Below, one piece after another: positions 28,724 to 37,823 of a stretch of DNA of 64,000 nt. The stretch spans positions 2,679-66,678 of the forward strand of contig JAKAFS010000005.1 of NCBI GenBank assembly GCA_021817825.1, given 5' to 3'. The notes beneath the pieces are model-generated. The model was not told where the DNA came from and did not search any database. It saw only the letters and a program-made list of their open reading frames with translations. Each line of letters opens with the position of its first letter. The stretch's first letter is position 1. The translations under genes were made by a program, and so were the position numbers. The stretch is from Deltaproteobacteria bacterium (GTDB taxonomy: Bacteria; Desulfobacterota; Syntrophia; Syntrophales; UBA5619).

Positions 28724-28938
28724 AAATGAAAAAAGAAATGATTTTAATTTGTTGAAGCGGCTTCTGGGTGAGGGTGCGTTGCGATATCGAGTTCAGCGGG
28801 GGCTATTTCGTAGCTTTTTCCTCTCATAGACAAAGACATCGACTGCCAATATATTAATAAAAATTGTCGAAGAGTTACCTGTTTTTCTGACTGAAGGGTC
28901 CTGGGCTGGACAAGGTTTTTAAAAAAGGAGAATTCAAT

Positions 28939-29565
28939 ATGGAAACACTACACAAATGGCGGCTTTCCATTCGGCTGGTTTTAATCGTCGCGATCTTGTC
29001 GGCGCTTTTGGTAAGCGCCGCTTTTGGCGCGCAAGGGAATACCTCGGCTATCGCGACTCCCGGGAAACAGGCCGCCGTGCCGGCCAAGGCGTTTCCCTCG
29101 CTGGAGCTTCCGATCCCGCAGAGCGAGCAGGAAAAGGGTTATCTGGGTCTTTCCGGATCGGGAACGTTCCGGATCGGGCAAATCAAGGCCCCGGTGCTGC
29201 TCATCGAGGTCTACAGCTTCTATTGTCCCCATTGTCAGGTGAGCGCCGCCCGGGTAAACGATCTCTATCGGAAGATCCAAGAGAATCCTGAACTCAGGGA
29301 TAAGATCAAGATGATCGGAATCGCGGTCGGCAACAGTTCCTTTGAGGTCGATTCCTACCGGGAGAGATATGAGGTGCCCTTTCCCCTCTTTTCCGACTTG
29401 AACATGGAAATGACCGAAAAACTCGGCGTCAGGGGGACGCCTACCTTTATCGGCGTCAGAACCGACCGGGGGGAGGGGCAGCCGTCGTTCTATTTCGGCG
29501 AAGGCGGTTTCGAGGACGCCCAGCAGTTTTTGGAAAAGATGATCCAAATGTCCGGGTTGAAATAG
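28939..29565 (+). CDS. Secreted thioredoxin-fold protein (CPHC active site)
   Basis: Signal peptide, and a YSFYCPHCQ motif in a thioredoxin/DsbA-like fold. AAGGAG RBS. Confidence 0.75.
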   Translation: METLHKWRLSIRLVLIVAILSALLVSAAFGAQGNTSAIATPGKQAAVPAKAFPSLELPIPQSEQEKGYLGLSGSGTFRIGQIKAPVLLIEVYSFYCPHCQVSAARVNDLYRKIQENPELRDKIKMIGIAVGNSSFEVDSYRERYEVPFPLFSDLNMEMTEKLGVRGTPTFIGVRTDRGEGQPSFYFGEGGFEDAQQFLEKMIQMSGLK

Positions 29566-29575
29566 GAGGAAGAAG

Positions 29576-30199
29576 ATGAACGGACAAACAGGCAAGTTGA
29601 AAAGTTTGCTGTTGATCGGCCTGTTCTGGCTCGCGGGAGGCCTTTCGGAGGCCTGTGCCCAAGCTGTCGGCTTCACGGAATTCATTTATCCCATGGGACT
29701 TCTCAAGCCTACGGACAGCGTTCCCGCATTGAAGGTCGGAGAGGCAGCCCCCGATTTCAGCCTTCCGGCGGTCGCCGGGGGAAAAGTCTCCCTTAGCCAA
29801 TTCAGAGGGCAAAAGAATGTCGTCATTTCCTTTGTCCCCGCGGCATGGACGCCCGTGTGTTCCGGCCAGTGGCCCGGCTATAACATCTCCAAAGACCTTT
29901 TCGAAAAGCATGACGCGATTCTTCTGGGCATTACGGTGGACAACGTCCCCACCCTCTATGCCTGGACGAAACAGATGGTGAATCAGAACGAAAAACTATG
30001 GTTCCCCGTTCTGTCCGATTTTTATCCCCACGGCGCCGTGGCTTCCCGGTATGGCGTGCTCCGTTCGGACGGGACGTCGGAGCGGGCGCTGTTCGTGATC
30101 GACAAAAAGGGGATCATCACCTATATCGATGTCCATGACATCAACCAGCGGCCGCTGCTCGACGAACTTGCCAAAGCCCTTGCGCGTTTGAACCGGTGA
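29576..30199 (+). CDS. Periplasmic peroxiredoxin (AhpC/TSA/Prx family)
   Basis: Signal peptide (LLLIGLFWLAGGLSEACA) plus an FVPAAWTPVC peroxidatic Cys motif. Confidence 0.85.
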   Translation: MNGQTGKLKSLLLIGLFWLAGGLSEACAQAVGFTEFIYPMGLLKPTDSVPALKVGEAAPDFSLPAVAGGKVSLSQFRGQKNVVISFVPAAWTPVCSGQWPGYNISKDLFEKHDAILLGITVDNVPTLYAWTKQMVNQNEKLWFPVLSDFYPHGAVASRYGVLRSDGTSERALFVIDKKGIITYIDVHDINQRPLLDELAKALARLNR

Positions 30200-30333
30200 A
30201 GGGTTGGTCTGGACTGGGGGCCTCAACGCCCGGTCCTGAAATGCGCTTTTGCCGGGGGATTTACCTGTACGCGTTCGGCCTGAGATGCTGCCTGCCGAAG
30301 CGTGTATGAAACACACTGGGAGACATATCGCTT

Positions 30334-31605
30334 ATGATCGAGTATATCCGTCTTCTCCTCGAAGAAGCTTTCCGTTTGGGTTCTTTTCTGCCTTTCTTCC
30401 TCATGTTCGGCGGGGGAGTGCTGGCGTCCCTGACGCCTTGCACCTATCCGGTCCTTCCCTTGACGGTTGGTTACATCGGCAATCAGGCGGCGGGCGATCG
30501 GTTGAGGGCTTTTCTGCTGAGTCTTTCCATGGTGACCGGTCTGGCCGCGGTTTATGCGCTTCTGGGTTGCGCCGTGGCGGCGCTGGGGGGAACCTTCGGG
30601 GCGCTCATGGGCAACGGCTGGGTGCTTTTTGCGATTTCCGCCTATTTCCTCGTCATGGGGCTCTATCTCCTGGATGTGTTTCAGTTCCCCATTCCCCGGT
30701 TTTTATACGCCCTCCAGGCGAAACCGGGAAACCGCAGGGGACTTCTGGGGGCCTTCGTCGTCGGAGGGGTCAGCGGCCTGATTGTCGGACCCTGTACGGG
30801 CCCCATCCTGGCCGTTGCCTTAGGGGCGATTGCCCTGACCCTGAAAAACGTGCAGGGCGCCGAGTACGCCCTACAGATCTTCAAGGGCGGGGTGCTCCTC
30901 TTTCTCTTCGGCTTTGGCCAGGGGGCGCTGATCCTCCTGGCGGGGACCTTTACCGGCTTCCTCTCCAGGCTTCCCAAATCGGGCGGATGGATGGTGGCGG
31001 TCAAAAAAGGTTCCGCCCTGCTGATCATCGCCATGGCAAGTTTCATGTTTGTCTTCGTGGGGCAAAACACCGATTTCCCGAGCCTGACCCGGTTTCTGGC
31101 CGGTACGCCGGCCACGACGGAGATTTCGCGGCTCGACAAAATAAATGAGGAGACAGCGAAACCCCGCGCCATCGAACAGCGCTCGACCGGTCCGGCCCCC
31201 GACTTCACCCTGCCTTCGCTGGGAGGCATCGACGTCAGTCTGAACCGCTTGAAAGGAAAAAAAGGGGTCGTTCTGGTATTCTTCGCGACCTGGTGCGTCA
31301 ACTGCATGAAAGAGGTCCCGGAGATCAAACACTTCGCGGATGAGGTGCGCAAAGACAACATCGTCGTCCTCGGCATCAATTTCAAGCAGTCCGATGAGAT
31401 CGTGATGCGCTTCAAGCAGTCCCATAACATCAATTACGGATTGGTCCTGGATAAAGACGGCAAGGTCACCACCGATCTGTACGGCATCACGGGGATCCCT
31501 CATGTGGTCGGCATCGATGGCAACGGGGAGATCGTCTACAGAGGATCGAACCTGCCGCACAACAAGACCGAATTCGTCGATCAGTTGAAAAGGGGGCTGC
31601 AATAG
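30334..31605 (+). CDS. CcdA/DsbD-like transmembrane domain fused to a C-terminal TlpA-like thioredoxin domain
   Basis: The N-terminal polytopic part carries LTPCTYP and GPCTGP motifs. The C-terminal part carries FFATWCVNC in a thioredoxin fold. Confidence 0.85.
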   Translation: MIEYIRLLLEEAFRLGSFLPFFLMFGGGVLASLTPCTYPVLPLTVGYIGNQAAGDRLRAFLLSLSMVTGLAAVYALLGCAVAALGGTFGALMGNGWVLFAISAYFLVMGLYLLDVFQFPIPRFLYALQAKPGNRRGLLGAFVVGGVSGLIVGPCTGPILAVALGAIALTLKNVQGAEYALQIFKGGVLLFLFGFGQGALILLAGTFTGFLSRLPKSGGWMVAVKKGSALLIIAMASFMFVFVGQNTDFPSLTRFLAGTPATTEISRLDKINEETAKPRAIEQRSTGPAPDFTLPSLGGIDVSLNRLKGKKGVVLVFFATWCVNCMKEVPEIKHFADEVRKDNIVVLGINFKQSDEIVMRFKQSHNINYGLVLDKDGKVTTDLYGITGIPHVVGIDGNGEIVYRGSNLPHNKTEFVDQLKRGLQ

Positions 31606-31696
31606 GAAGTAGGCCCTGTGCCGACCGTGGTCCCCTAACTTTCTTCCGGGAGCCTTCGGCCACCCACCGGCAGGACAGGGATGAAGCTGCGTTCAT

Positions 31697-31735
31697 AAAA
31701 AAACCCCCCGGTCCGCTGGACCGGGGGGTTTTATG
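31697..31735. terminator. Bidirectional intrinsic terminator between convergent genes
   Basis: AAAAAAA-CCCCCCGG-tccgctgga-CCGGGGGG-TTTT. The A and T tracts flank the stem on both sides. Confidence 0.8.
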
Positions 31736-31753
31736 CTTGCTTACAATGAGGAA

Positions 31754-32167
31754 TTAGTTTCTTCCCTTCGGGGAGAGGGGCAGTTCACCGAAAATATCCT
31801 TATAGATATCGTCTTCCATGTTGACGGACCAGACCTTCTTCGAACCGACGAAAATGTCTGTCGCCTTGATGGACTTCAGTTTCGCATTGACGGTCCCATC
31901 GACTTTGACCGTCTGGTTGATGTGGCGTGCCATCACGGCCCGGTCGACATTGGTCACGAAATAATAATCGCCCTTTGCGGCGTCCACGAGGACGACAAAC
32001 ACGTTCTCAACGGCGGCAACGGGATCTTCCATTCCCACGGGGCATACCTTCCCCTGGGTCACGCACTGGAAGCCCTGCACAGAACCGGAGATGCTCGCTG
32101 CCATCACCATAGCCGGCGCCATCATCAACACCAAACCGATAATCATCAATCCAAAAAATTTCTTCAT
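31754..32167 (-). CDS. Hypothetical secreted protein (137 aa)
   Basis: Clear signal peptide (MKKFFGLMIIGLVLMMAPAMVMA) and a GGAGGAGAAAAG RBS region. I recognise no family. Confidence 0.6.
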   Translation of the reverse strand: MKKFFGLMIIGLVLMMAPAMVMAASISGSVQGFQCVTQGKVCPVGMEDPVAAVENVFVVLVDAAKGDYYFVTNVDRAVMARHINQTVKVDGTVNAKLKSIKATDIFVGSKKVWSVNMEDDIYKDIFGELPLSPKGRN

Positions 32168-32442
32168 TTTCTTTTCTCCTCCATTTTAGTTTATGTTTTC
32201 ATTAAAAGCTTCTGTTCCACGTTCCCACATGCCTATGAACTAACCCTCGCCCACCTCCTTTCTTACGATCGAACAGAAATTGACGTTTCCGAATTCCAAA
32301 AATCCTTTGAAAATAAGGCGGCCCTTTTTTTCTTTGCCGCTGGCATCCAGTCCTGTTGGGAGATGCAGCCCAACGAGGTCAATTGTTGATAGTAAAATAA
32401 TGGTACCGAGGGACAAAATCAATGAGGGTTGTTTGAAGGCCT

Positions 32443-32465
32443 AATGGTAGTTAAATACTACCAAT
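32443..32465. promoter_or_regulatory. AATGGTAG-TTAAATA-CTACCAAT palindrome (site 1)
   Basis: Near-perfect 8-7-8 inverted repeat in the divergent intergenic region between 31754-32167 (-) and 32846 (+). It matches the site at 35980 at 21 of 23 positions. Confidence 0.45.
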
Positions 32466-32845
32466 AAGGCGAACTTTTTGAGAGGTCTGCGGTCTGCGGA
32501 TGTCCGGAATAACGGAGCAATTCCCATGCTCTTCATCGTAAAACGCCGGAGCCGGCGAGACCTGGCGTGCCTGCCCGCCAGGGGCAGGGAAACTCTCTCA
32601 CCCGATCTTGACTTCCCTGAACCGCGCATCAATCGCCTGCTGGTAGCTATCGCATACCGAAAACCATACCATGGATTCGCATTGTCTTTGGCAGTGACGA
32701 CCGCTAGTCTTCAAAAAGCAGGCGTTAAAAAGAAACAAGCCGGATGCGTTCCCCGTCCGGCGATTGAGGGATGGTCGGCAACGCGGCCCGCCATTCCTGG
32801 GAACCGCGCCGTCGCGATTCAAACAGGAAAGAGGAGGACGAACCC

Positions 32846-33517
32846 ATGTTCCGGTTCAAGGATCGACGTCAGGCAGGCCAACTTCTTGCCGAGCGATTGT
32901 TCAAGTATGCAGGGGCGCCCGAGACAATCGTTCTCGGGCTTCCCCGGGGCGGGGTGGCGGTTGCATACGAGGTGGCCGTTAAACTCGAACTTCCCCTCGA
33001 TGTCTTCCTGGTCAGGAAATTGGGCGTGCCCGGTTATGAGGAGCTGGCCATGGGAGCCATTGCCTCGGGCGGCGTGCGGGTTCTGAACCAGGACGTGCTG
33101 CGCCAGATCCGCATCTCCGAAAGCGCCGTCGAGGCGGTGACGCGGAAGGAAGAACGGGAACTCCTCCGGCGGGAGGAGGCTTATCGGGGGAACCGCGCCC
33201 GTCTTGATGTCAAGGCGCTCACGGCGATCCTGATCGATGACGGTCTGGCAACCGGTGCGACGATGCGCGCCGCCGTGACCGCTTTGCGCAAGCAGGAGGC
33301 CAAGCGCATTGTCGTTGCCGTTCCTGCCGCGGCTCCGGAAACCTGCGACGAATTCCGCGCCGAGGTGGACGAGATTGTCTGCGCCATAACGCCCACGCCA
33401 TTCCATGCCGTCGGCATCTGGTATGAAGATTTTTCCCAGACCACCGATGAGGAGGTGCAGCAGTTATTGAAAGCGGCCCGGCAGGTGAAAAAGGGGGGGA
33501 GGAAAGGCGATGCATGA
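32846..33517 (+). CDS. Phosphoribosyltransferase-family protein
   Basis: ATG at 32846 follows GAGGAGG. It has MFRFKDRRQAGQLLA..., LGLPRGGV and the PRPP-binding motif ILIDDGLATGATM. Confidence 0.8.
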   Translation: MFRFKDRRQAGQLLAERLFKYAGAPETIVLGLPRGGVAVAYEVAVKLELPLDVFLVRKLGVPGYEELAMGAIASGGVRVLNQDVLRQIRISESAVEAVTRKEERELLRREEAYRGNRARLDVKALTAILIDDGLATGATMRAAVTALRKQEAKRIVVAVPAAAPETCDEFRAEVDEIVCAITPTPFHAVGIWYEDFSQTTDEEVQQLLKAARQVKKGGRKGDA

Positions 33518-34196
33518 CGGGACGGGGAAGAAGATGGCAGAACGGCCCATCCGCATTGCCGTGGACCGCGCGGTCCTGGACGGCGACCTGGCGATTCCGG
33601 CGGGGGCAAGGGGGTTGGTCGTCTTTGTCCACGGCAGCGGCAGCAGCCGTTTCAGTTCCCGCAATCGCTTCGTCGCGCAGCATCTACAGCGCGAGGGGAT
33701 GGCGACGCTGCTGTTCGATCTGCTGACAAGACAGGAGGAGGAGAGCGACAATTTTACAGGGCGGCTCCGTTTCGATATCGAGCTGCTGGCCGGACGCCTC
33801 GCCGGCGTCACGCAATGGGCTCTTGCCCAGGAGGAGATCGGGGAGTTGCCAATGGGATACTTCGGCGCCAGCACGGGCGCCGCCGCCGCCCTGATTGCCG
33901 AAACCCGGAATCCCGCGGCCGTCCGGGCCATCGTCTCCCGGGGCGGCAGGCCCGATCTGGCGGGACAGGCGCTGAGTCGGGTTCAGGCGCCGACGCTGCT
34001 GATCGTCGGAGGAAACGACGATCAGGTTGTTCTGCTCAATGAACAGGCGTTCCATCAACTACAGGCAAAAAAGCGGATGGTCATCGTTCCCGGGGCGACG
34101 CATCTTTTCGAAGAACCGGGCACCCTGGAAGCGGCGGCGCAACTGGCCGCGAAGTGGTTTCGGCAGTATCTTGCGAGCGAAGGAGGCGTTGTTTGA
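33510..34196 (+). CDS. Alpha/beta hydrolase, dienelactone hydrolase-like
   Basis: VVFVHGSGSSRFS, nucleophile elbow YFGASTGAA, and LIVGGNDD. It overlaps the PRTase gene by 8 nt. Confidence 0.8.
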   Translation: MHDGTGKKMAERPIRIAVDRAVLDGDLAIPAGARGLVVFVHGSGSSRFSSRNRFVAQHLQREGMATLLFDLLTRQEEESDNFTGRLRFDIELLAGRLAGVTQWALAQEEIGELPMGYFGASTGAAAALIAETRNPAAVRAIVSRGGRPDLAGQALSRVQAPTLLIVGGNDDQVVLLNEQAFHQLQAKKRMVIVPGATHLFEEPGTLEAAAQLAAKWFRQYLASEGGVV

Positions 34197-34609
34197 CGAA
34201 CGTTCTGAAAGCGTTTTTGGCGGGATTTGCCTCGACCTGGATCTTTCACCAGGGGCTCCTCTGGCTGCTCCATGCCCTGGGAATCATCCCGCGGGTTCCC
34301 TATTCCTTTGCGCCGACGGCGCCCTTCCAAATTCCGCAGGTGGTTTCGCTCGCCTTCTGGGGCGGCCTCTGGGGGATTCCGCTGTGGCTCGCCATCCGGC
34401 GGAAGAAGGCTTCGCGGTACTGGCTTGCGGCGCTGGCTTTCGGAGCCCTTCTCCCGAGCCTGGCGGCTTGGTTCGTGGTGTTTCCCCTGAAGGGGCAGCC
34501 GGTTGCCGGCGGGTGGAAACCGGTCAACCTGGCAATGGCGCTGCTGCTGAACGGCGCCTGGGGGATCGGCGCCGCCCTGCTGATGAAGGGGATGCGGAAG
34601 GGCCGCTGA
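34193..34609 (+). CDS. Hypothetical membrane protein (about 138 aa, 4 TM)
   Basis: TTG start 6 nt after AGGAGG. The sequence has hydrophobic helices throughout. Its start overlaps the stop of the hydrolase gene. Confidence 0.55.
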   Translation: MTNVLKAFLAGFASTWIFHQGLLWLLHALGIIPRVPYSFAPTAPFQIPQVVSLAFWGGLWGIPLWLAIRRKKASRYWLAALAFGALLPSLAAWFVVFPLKGQPVAGGWKPVNLAMALLLNGAWGIGAALLMKGMRKGR

Positions 34610-34701
34610 TTTGGTAAGACGGTCTGCGGCAGCGCCGGGATCGAGAGGGCGCCTTGCCAGCCTCTCTAAGTCCGGCGGCTGGTCGCAGTTTCACAGGGCC
34701 G

Positions 34702-34917
34702 TCAGTCCGGCAGCTTCCTGCCTCCCGGCCACTTCCGGAAGGCGTCGGCCACCTGGTCCAGTTCGGCGGCCAGGGGAGCACCGTGGGACTCGGCCAGCAG
34801 CTGGTACATCCGGGTCGCCTTCTCGGCCAGCCGATCCTGGGCCCGGAGAATAAAAACCGGTTCCCCTTCCGCGATCTTGGGAATATTCAATTTTCCGTAT
34901 TTTCCTGCCAAGGCCAT
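34702..34917 (-). CDS. Hypothetical small protein (about 71 aa)
   Basis: Strong AAGGAGG RBS and coding-like codon usage. I recognise no family. Confidence 0.55.
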   Translation of the reverse strand: MALAGKYGKLNIPKIAEGEPVFILRAQDRLAEKATRMYQLLAESHGAPLAAELDQVADAFRKWPGGRKLPD

Positions 34918-35010
34918 CATTTACCTCCTTACCCCGAGCCGATCCGCCGGGGCGAACGCGCCATCGTTACACCTTGAAAAGAGCCGGGGGCATCAGAATC
35001 GGCGGCGCCG

Positions 35011-35283
35011 TTACGCCTGCTTGAAGGCTTCTCTCCCCGCCTCCAGGGCCTTCTTGAGCCGCTCTTTCTTGCCGACGTACAGTTCTTTTTCCCGTTCCGC
35101 CAGTTGCTCGATCTTCCGGGAAACATCATCGTACTGCTGCTTGGCCCTTTCCATCAGCTCCTCCGCCGAATGGCGGATCTCCTCCCGGGTCTCCTTTCCG
35201 CTTTTGGGGGCGTACAGAATCCCCGCCGCCGCCCCGATCAGCCCGCCGATCAGAAACCCCTTTATGCAATCATCCATTGCCAT
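35011..35283 (-). CDS. YtxH-domain protein
   Basis: GFLIGGLIGAAAGILYAPKSGKETREEI is the YtxH signature. It is followed by a coiled-coil region. Confidence 0.8.
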   Translation of the reverse strand: MAMDDCIKGFLIGGLIGAAAGILYAPKSGKETREEIRHSAEELMERAKQQYDDVSRKIEQLAEREKELYVGKKERLKKALEAGREAFKQA

Positions 35284-35612
35284 CGCTTTTCTCCTTTCTC
35301 TGTGGCTTTTTCAAAATTGAAACGATTCAATACATTCTATGTGCCGTTGGAATGGGAAACAACGCTGATTAATCGTTAGGGAATCGATAGGCGATCGCTA
35401 CCAGGCAGAGTGGCGCACCATGCGTTGCGGCCTTTCCGGTTATCGAAAAAGCGCCCGCTTTTTATTGCCCAAACGGCATCTGGGCCCCTTGCCAGGGGCT
35501 CAAATGCAAAAAAGTTCGGCGGGACCATGGGAACCGGGCAAGCTTTCGCATCGGGCGGTCGGCATTCCGGTTGCAGAAAATCTCTCGGAAGGACGGTCGG
35601 CGATCGCGATCA

Positions 35613-35828
35613 CTAGGGATGGAATTTCTGTTCGGACATGGTCCCCCTGGGCAGGCTGACCCCCAGGCCGAGTCTCATGAGTTCCCGGTTCTCCAGGATG
35701 ACCGGATCGATGATCTCCCCGCAGATCAGGCATTTCAACCCCCAAAAGTCCTCATGATGGCCATAGAATTTGTCAAAGATCATGGCGCCACCGCAACGCG
35801 AGCATGTGGAAAATAGCGACTTCTCCAT
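35613..35828 (-). CDS. Hypothetical small zinc-ribbon protein (71 aa)
   Basis: CSRCGG...CLICG pattern and an AAAGGAG RBS. Confidence 0.5.
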   Translation of the reverse strand: MEKSLFSTCSRCGGAMIFDKFYGHHEDFWGLKCLICGEIIDPVILENRELMRLGLGVSLPRGTMSEQKFHP

Positions 35829-35979
35829 TGAAAATAACTCCTTTCGGCTTGTTGAAATGGGATGTGGTTCCCTTGGCCCGTTAGTGACCGCTGCGTGCAG
35901 AGCATCCGCAGCCCTTTCCGATTTTTGATCAAATTAACGGGCGCAATGAGATTAGACAATAGGAATTCACTAGATGCGT

Positions 35980-36002
35980 AATGGTAGCTAAATACTACCA
36001 TT
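35980..36002. promoter_or_regulatory. AATGGTAG-CTAAATA-CTACCATT palindrome (site 2, perfect arms)
   Basis: Perfect 8-bp inverted arms with a 7-nt AT-rich spacer. It lies in the divergent region between 35828 (-) and 36233 (+). Confidence 0.45.
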
Positions 36003-36106
36003 GCGTTCGAGGGCAGGTTCCCTGCGGCGCCGAAAGGACGGAAGGGAGGGACTCGGAAGTGCGACCGGTAGAAGTTTACAGCCAATAAGCTATATAAGGT
36101 CGACGG

Positions 36107-36135
36107 TTGCCCTGTCCTGCCCGATCCAGTATCTT
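36107..36135 (+). promoter_or_regulatory. Candidate sigma-70 promoter for the outer-membrane factor gene
   Basis: TTGCCC-N17-TATCTT, about 100 nt upstream of the ATG at 36233. Confidence 0.3.
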
Positions 36136-36232
36136 TTTTCAATAAACGATTCCTCTTGCCGGCACCGTGCGGGACCGTGATGCAGAAGACCTCCCGGTTG
36201 CCCAGGCGTCTGGAGGAGTAACGATTCGAACG

Positions 36233-37753
36233 ATGGGATGGCTGACGATGAGGTGGTTTTTACGAGCAGTCCTTGCGGCGTTGGCGGTTTGCCCGTTCCT
36301 GACGGGATGTGCCGTCGGTCCCGATTTTCGACCGCCGGCCCCTCCTGACGCCGGCGCCTATACCGCCACGGAACTGCCGACAACGACGGCGGGCTCTCCG
36401 GCTGCCGGGGGGGCGCCGCAACGGTTCGTCCCCGGCCAGGACATCCCGGAAGCCTGGTGGCGCTTGTTCCGTTCCGAGCCGCTGGACGCGCTCATCCGCC
36501 GGGCCATGGCCGACAGCCCGACCGTGGCTTTGGCGCAGGCGAGAATCCGCGAGGCCCGGGAAAACCGCCGCGCCCAGTTCGGGACGCTCTATCCCCGCCT
36601 GGATGCCGGCCTGGGGGCCTCCCGCCAAAGGATCTCCGGCGCTTCGCTCGGGCAGCCCGATACAGGCGGCCAAAGCCTTACCCTCCTGAACGCCTCGCTG
36701 GATGTCTCTTACTCGCCCGATCTGTTCGGCGGGACAAGGCATCAGCTGGAGGCCCTCGACATGCAGATCGCCTACCAGCGATTCCAGCTTGAAGGGGCCT
36801 ATCTCACCCTTACGGCCAGCATCGTGACCACGGCGGTGAAAGAGGCTTCGCTGGTCTCGCAGATTCGTGCGGTTCGCGAGATCGTGGCCGTGCAGGCCAA
36901 GGAACTGGAGATGCTGGAGCGTCGCCTACAGATCGGAGGCGTTGCCCGGACCGATGTCCTGTCCCAGCGGACCCAGCTGGCCCAGGCGGAAGCCACGCTG
37001 CCGCCGCTGGAGCTGGAACTCGAACAGACCCGCCACCAACTGGCGGTGCTCGTCGGCCAGCTGCCGAGCGAGGCGGCTCTGCTGGAATTCGAACTGGACC
37101 AGATGAGCCTGCCGGAGGAGATCCCGGTCAGCGTGCCTTCCTCGCTGGTCCGTCAGCGTCCCGACATCGGGGCGGCCGAGGCGTTGCTCCATTTTGCCAG
37201 CGCCCGCGTGGGCGTGGCGACGGCCAACCTCTACCCACAGGTGACCCTGACGGGTTCTCTCGGTGTGTTGGCGACGACGCCGGGCGATCTCTTCAGCGAT
37301 GCTTCGACGGTTTGGCGGCTTGGCGCCGGGCTGCTGCAACCCCTCTTTCGGGGGGGAACCCTGAAGGCGCAGCAGAGCGCCGCCGTCGCTCTGTACGATC
37401 AGTCCCTGGCGCAGTACCGGCAAACGGTCTTGGAATCCTTCCGGAACGTAGCCGACGTGCTGCGCGCCCTGGAGTCCGATGCCCGGAGCCTCAAGGCGTC
37501 GGCCCAGGCCGAGGCGATTGCCCGGGACACCCTCGAAGTTGTCCGGAGGCAGCATGAGGTGGGGGCCGTCAGCTATCTTTTCCTGCTCAATGCCGAGCGC
37601 GGGTACCGGGAGGCGCGGATCGGCACGATCCGGGCGCGGGCCGCGCGGCTGGCCGATACGGCGGCGCTTTTTCAGGCTCTGGGAGGCGGGTGGTGGAACC
37701 GTCCCGGCCAGGATTTGCTGCCGTCCCGGCAAGCGGAGGCGTCCGGCGGCTGA
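36233..37753 (+). CDS. Efflux transporter outer-membrane factor lipoprotein, NodT/OprM family
   Basis: Lipobox FLTGC followed by AVGPDFRPP. Duplicated OEP repeats and a conserved C-terminus ...ALFQALGGGW. An alternative start is at 36248. Confidence 0.88.
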   Translation: MGWLTMRWFLRAVLAALAVCPFLTGCAVGPDFRPPAPPDAGAYTATELPTTTAGSPAAGGAPQRFVPGQDIPEAWWRLFRSEPLDALIRRAMADSPTVALAQARIREARENRRAQFGTLYPRLDAGLGASRQRISGASLGQPDTGGQSLTLLNASLDVSYSPDLFGGTRHQLEALDMQIAYQRFQLEGAYLTLTASIVTTAVKEASLVSQIRAVREIVAVQAKELEMLERRLQIGGVARTDVLSQRTQLAQAEATLPPLELELEQTRHQLAVLVGQLPSEAALLEFELDQMSLPEEIPVSVPSSLVRQRPDIGAAEALLHFASARVGVATANLYPQVTLTGSLGVLATTPGDLFSDASTVWRLGAGLLQPLFRGGTLKAQQSAAVALYDQSLAQYRQTVLESFRNVADVLRALESDARSLKASAQAEAIARDTLEVVRRQHEVGAVSYLFLLNAERGYREARIGTIRARAARLADTAALFQALGGGWWNRPGQDLLPSRQAEASGG

Positions 37754-37823
37754 AGGGCTTGAAAAGAATAAATTCCGGGGCTGGATCAGGCGCGTTGCCC
37801 TGGGGGCCTCCCGGCAGGCGCTT

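Noticed and set aside
28726-28755. Mini-ORF MKKEMILIC in the leader of the thioredoxin operon, which could be a leader peptide.
   Set aside because: It has no RBS, and the ATG lies at or before the transcription start predicted from the TTGACA/TATCTA promoter. This is probably chance in AT-rich DNA.
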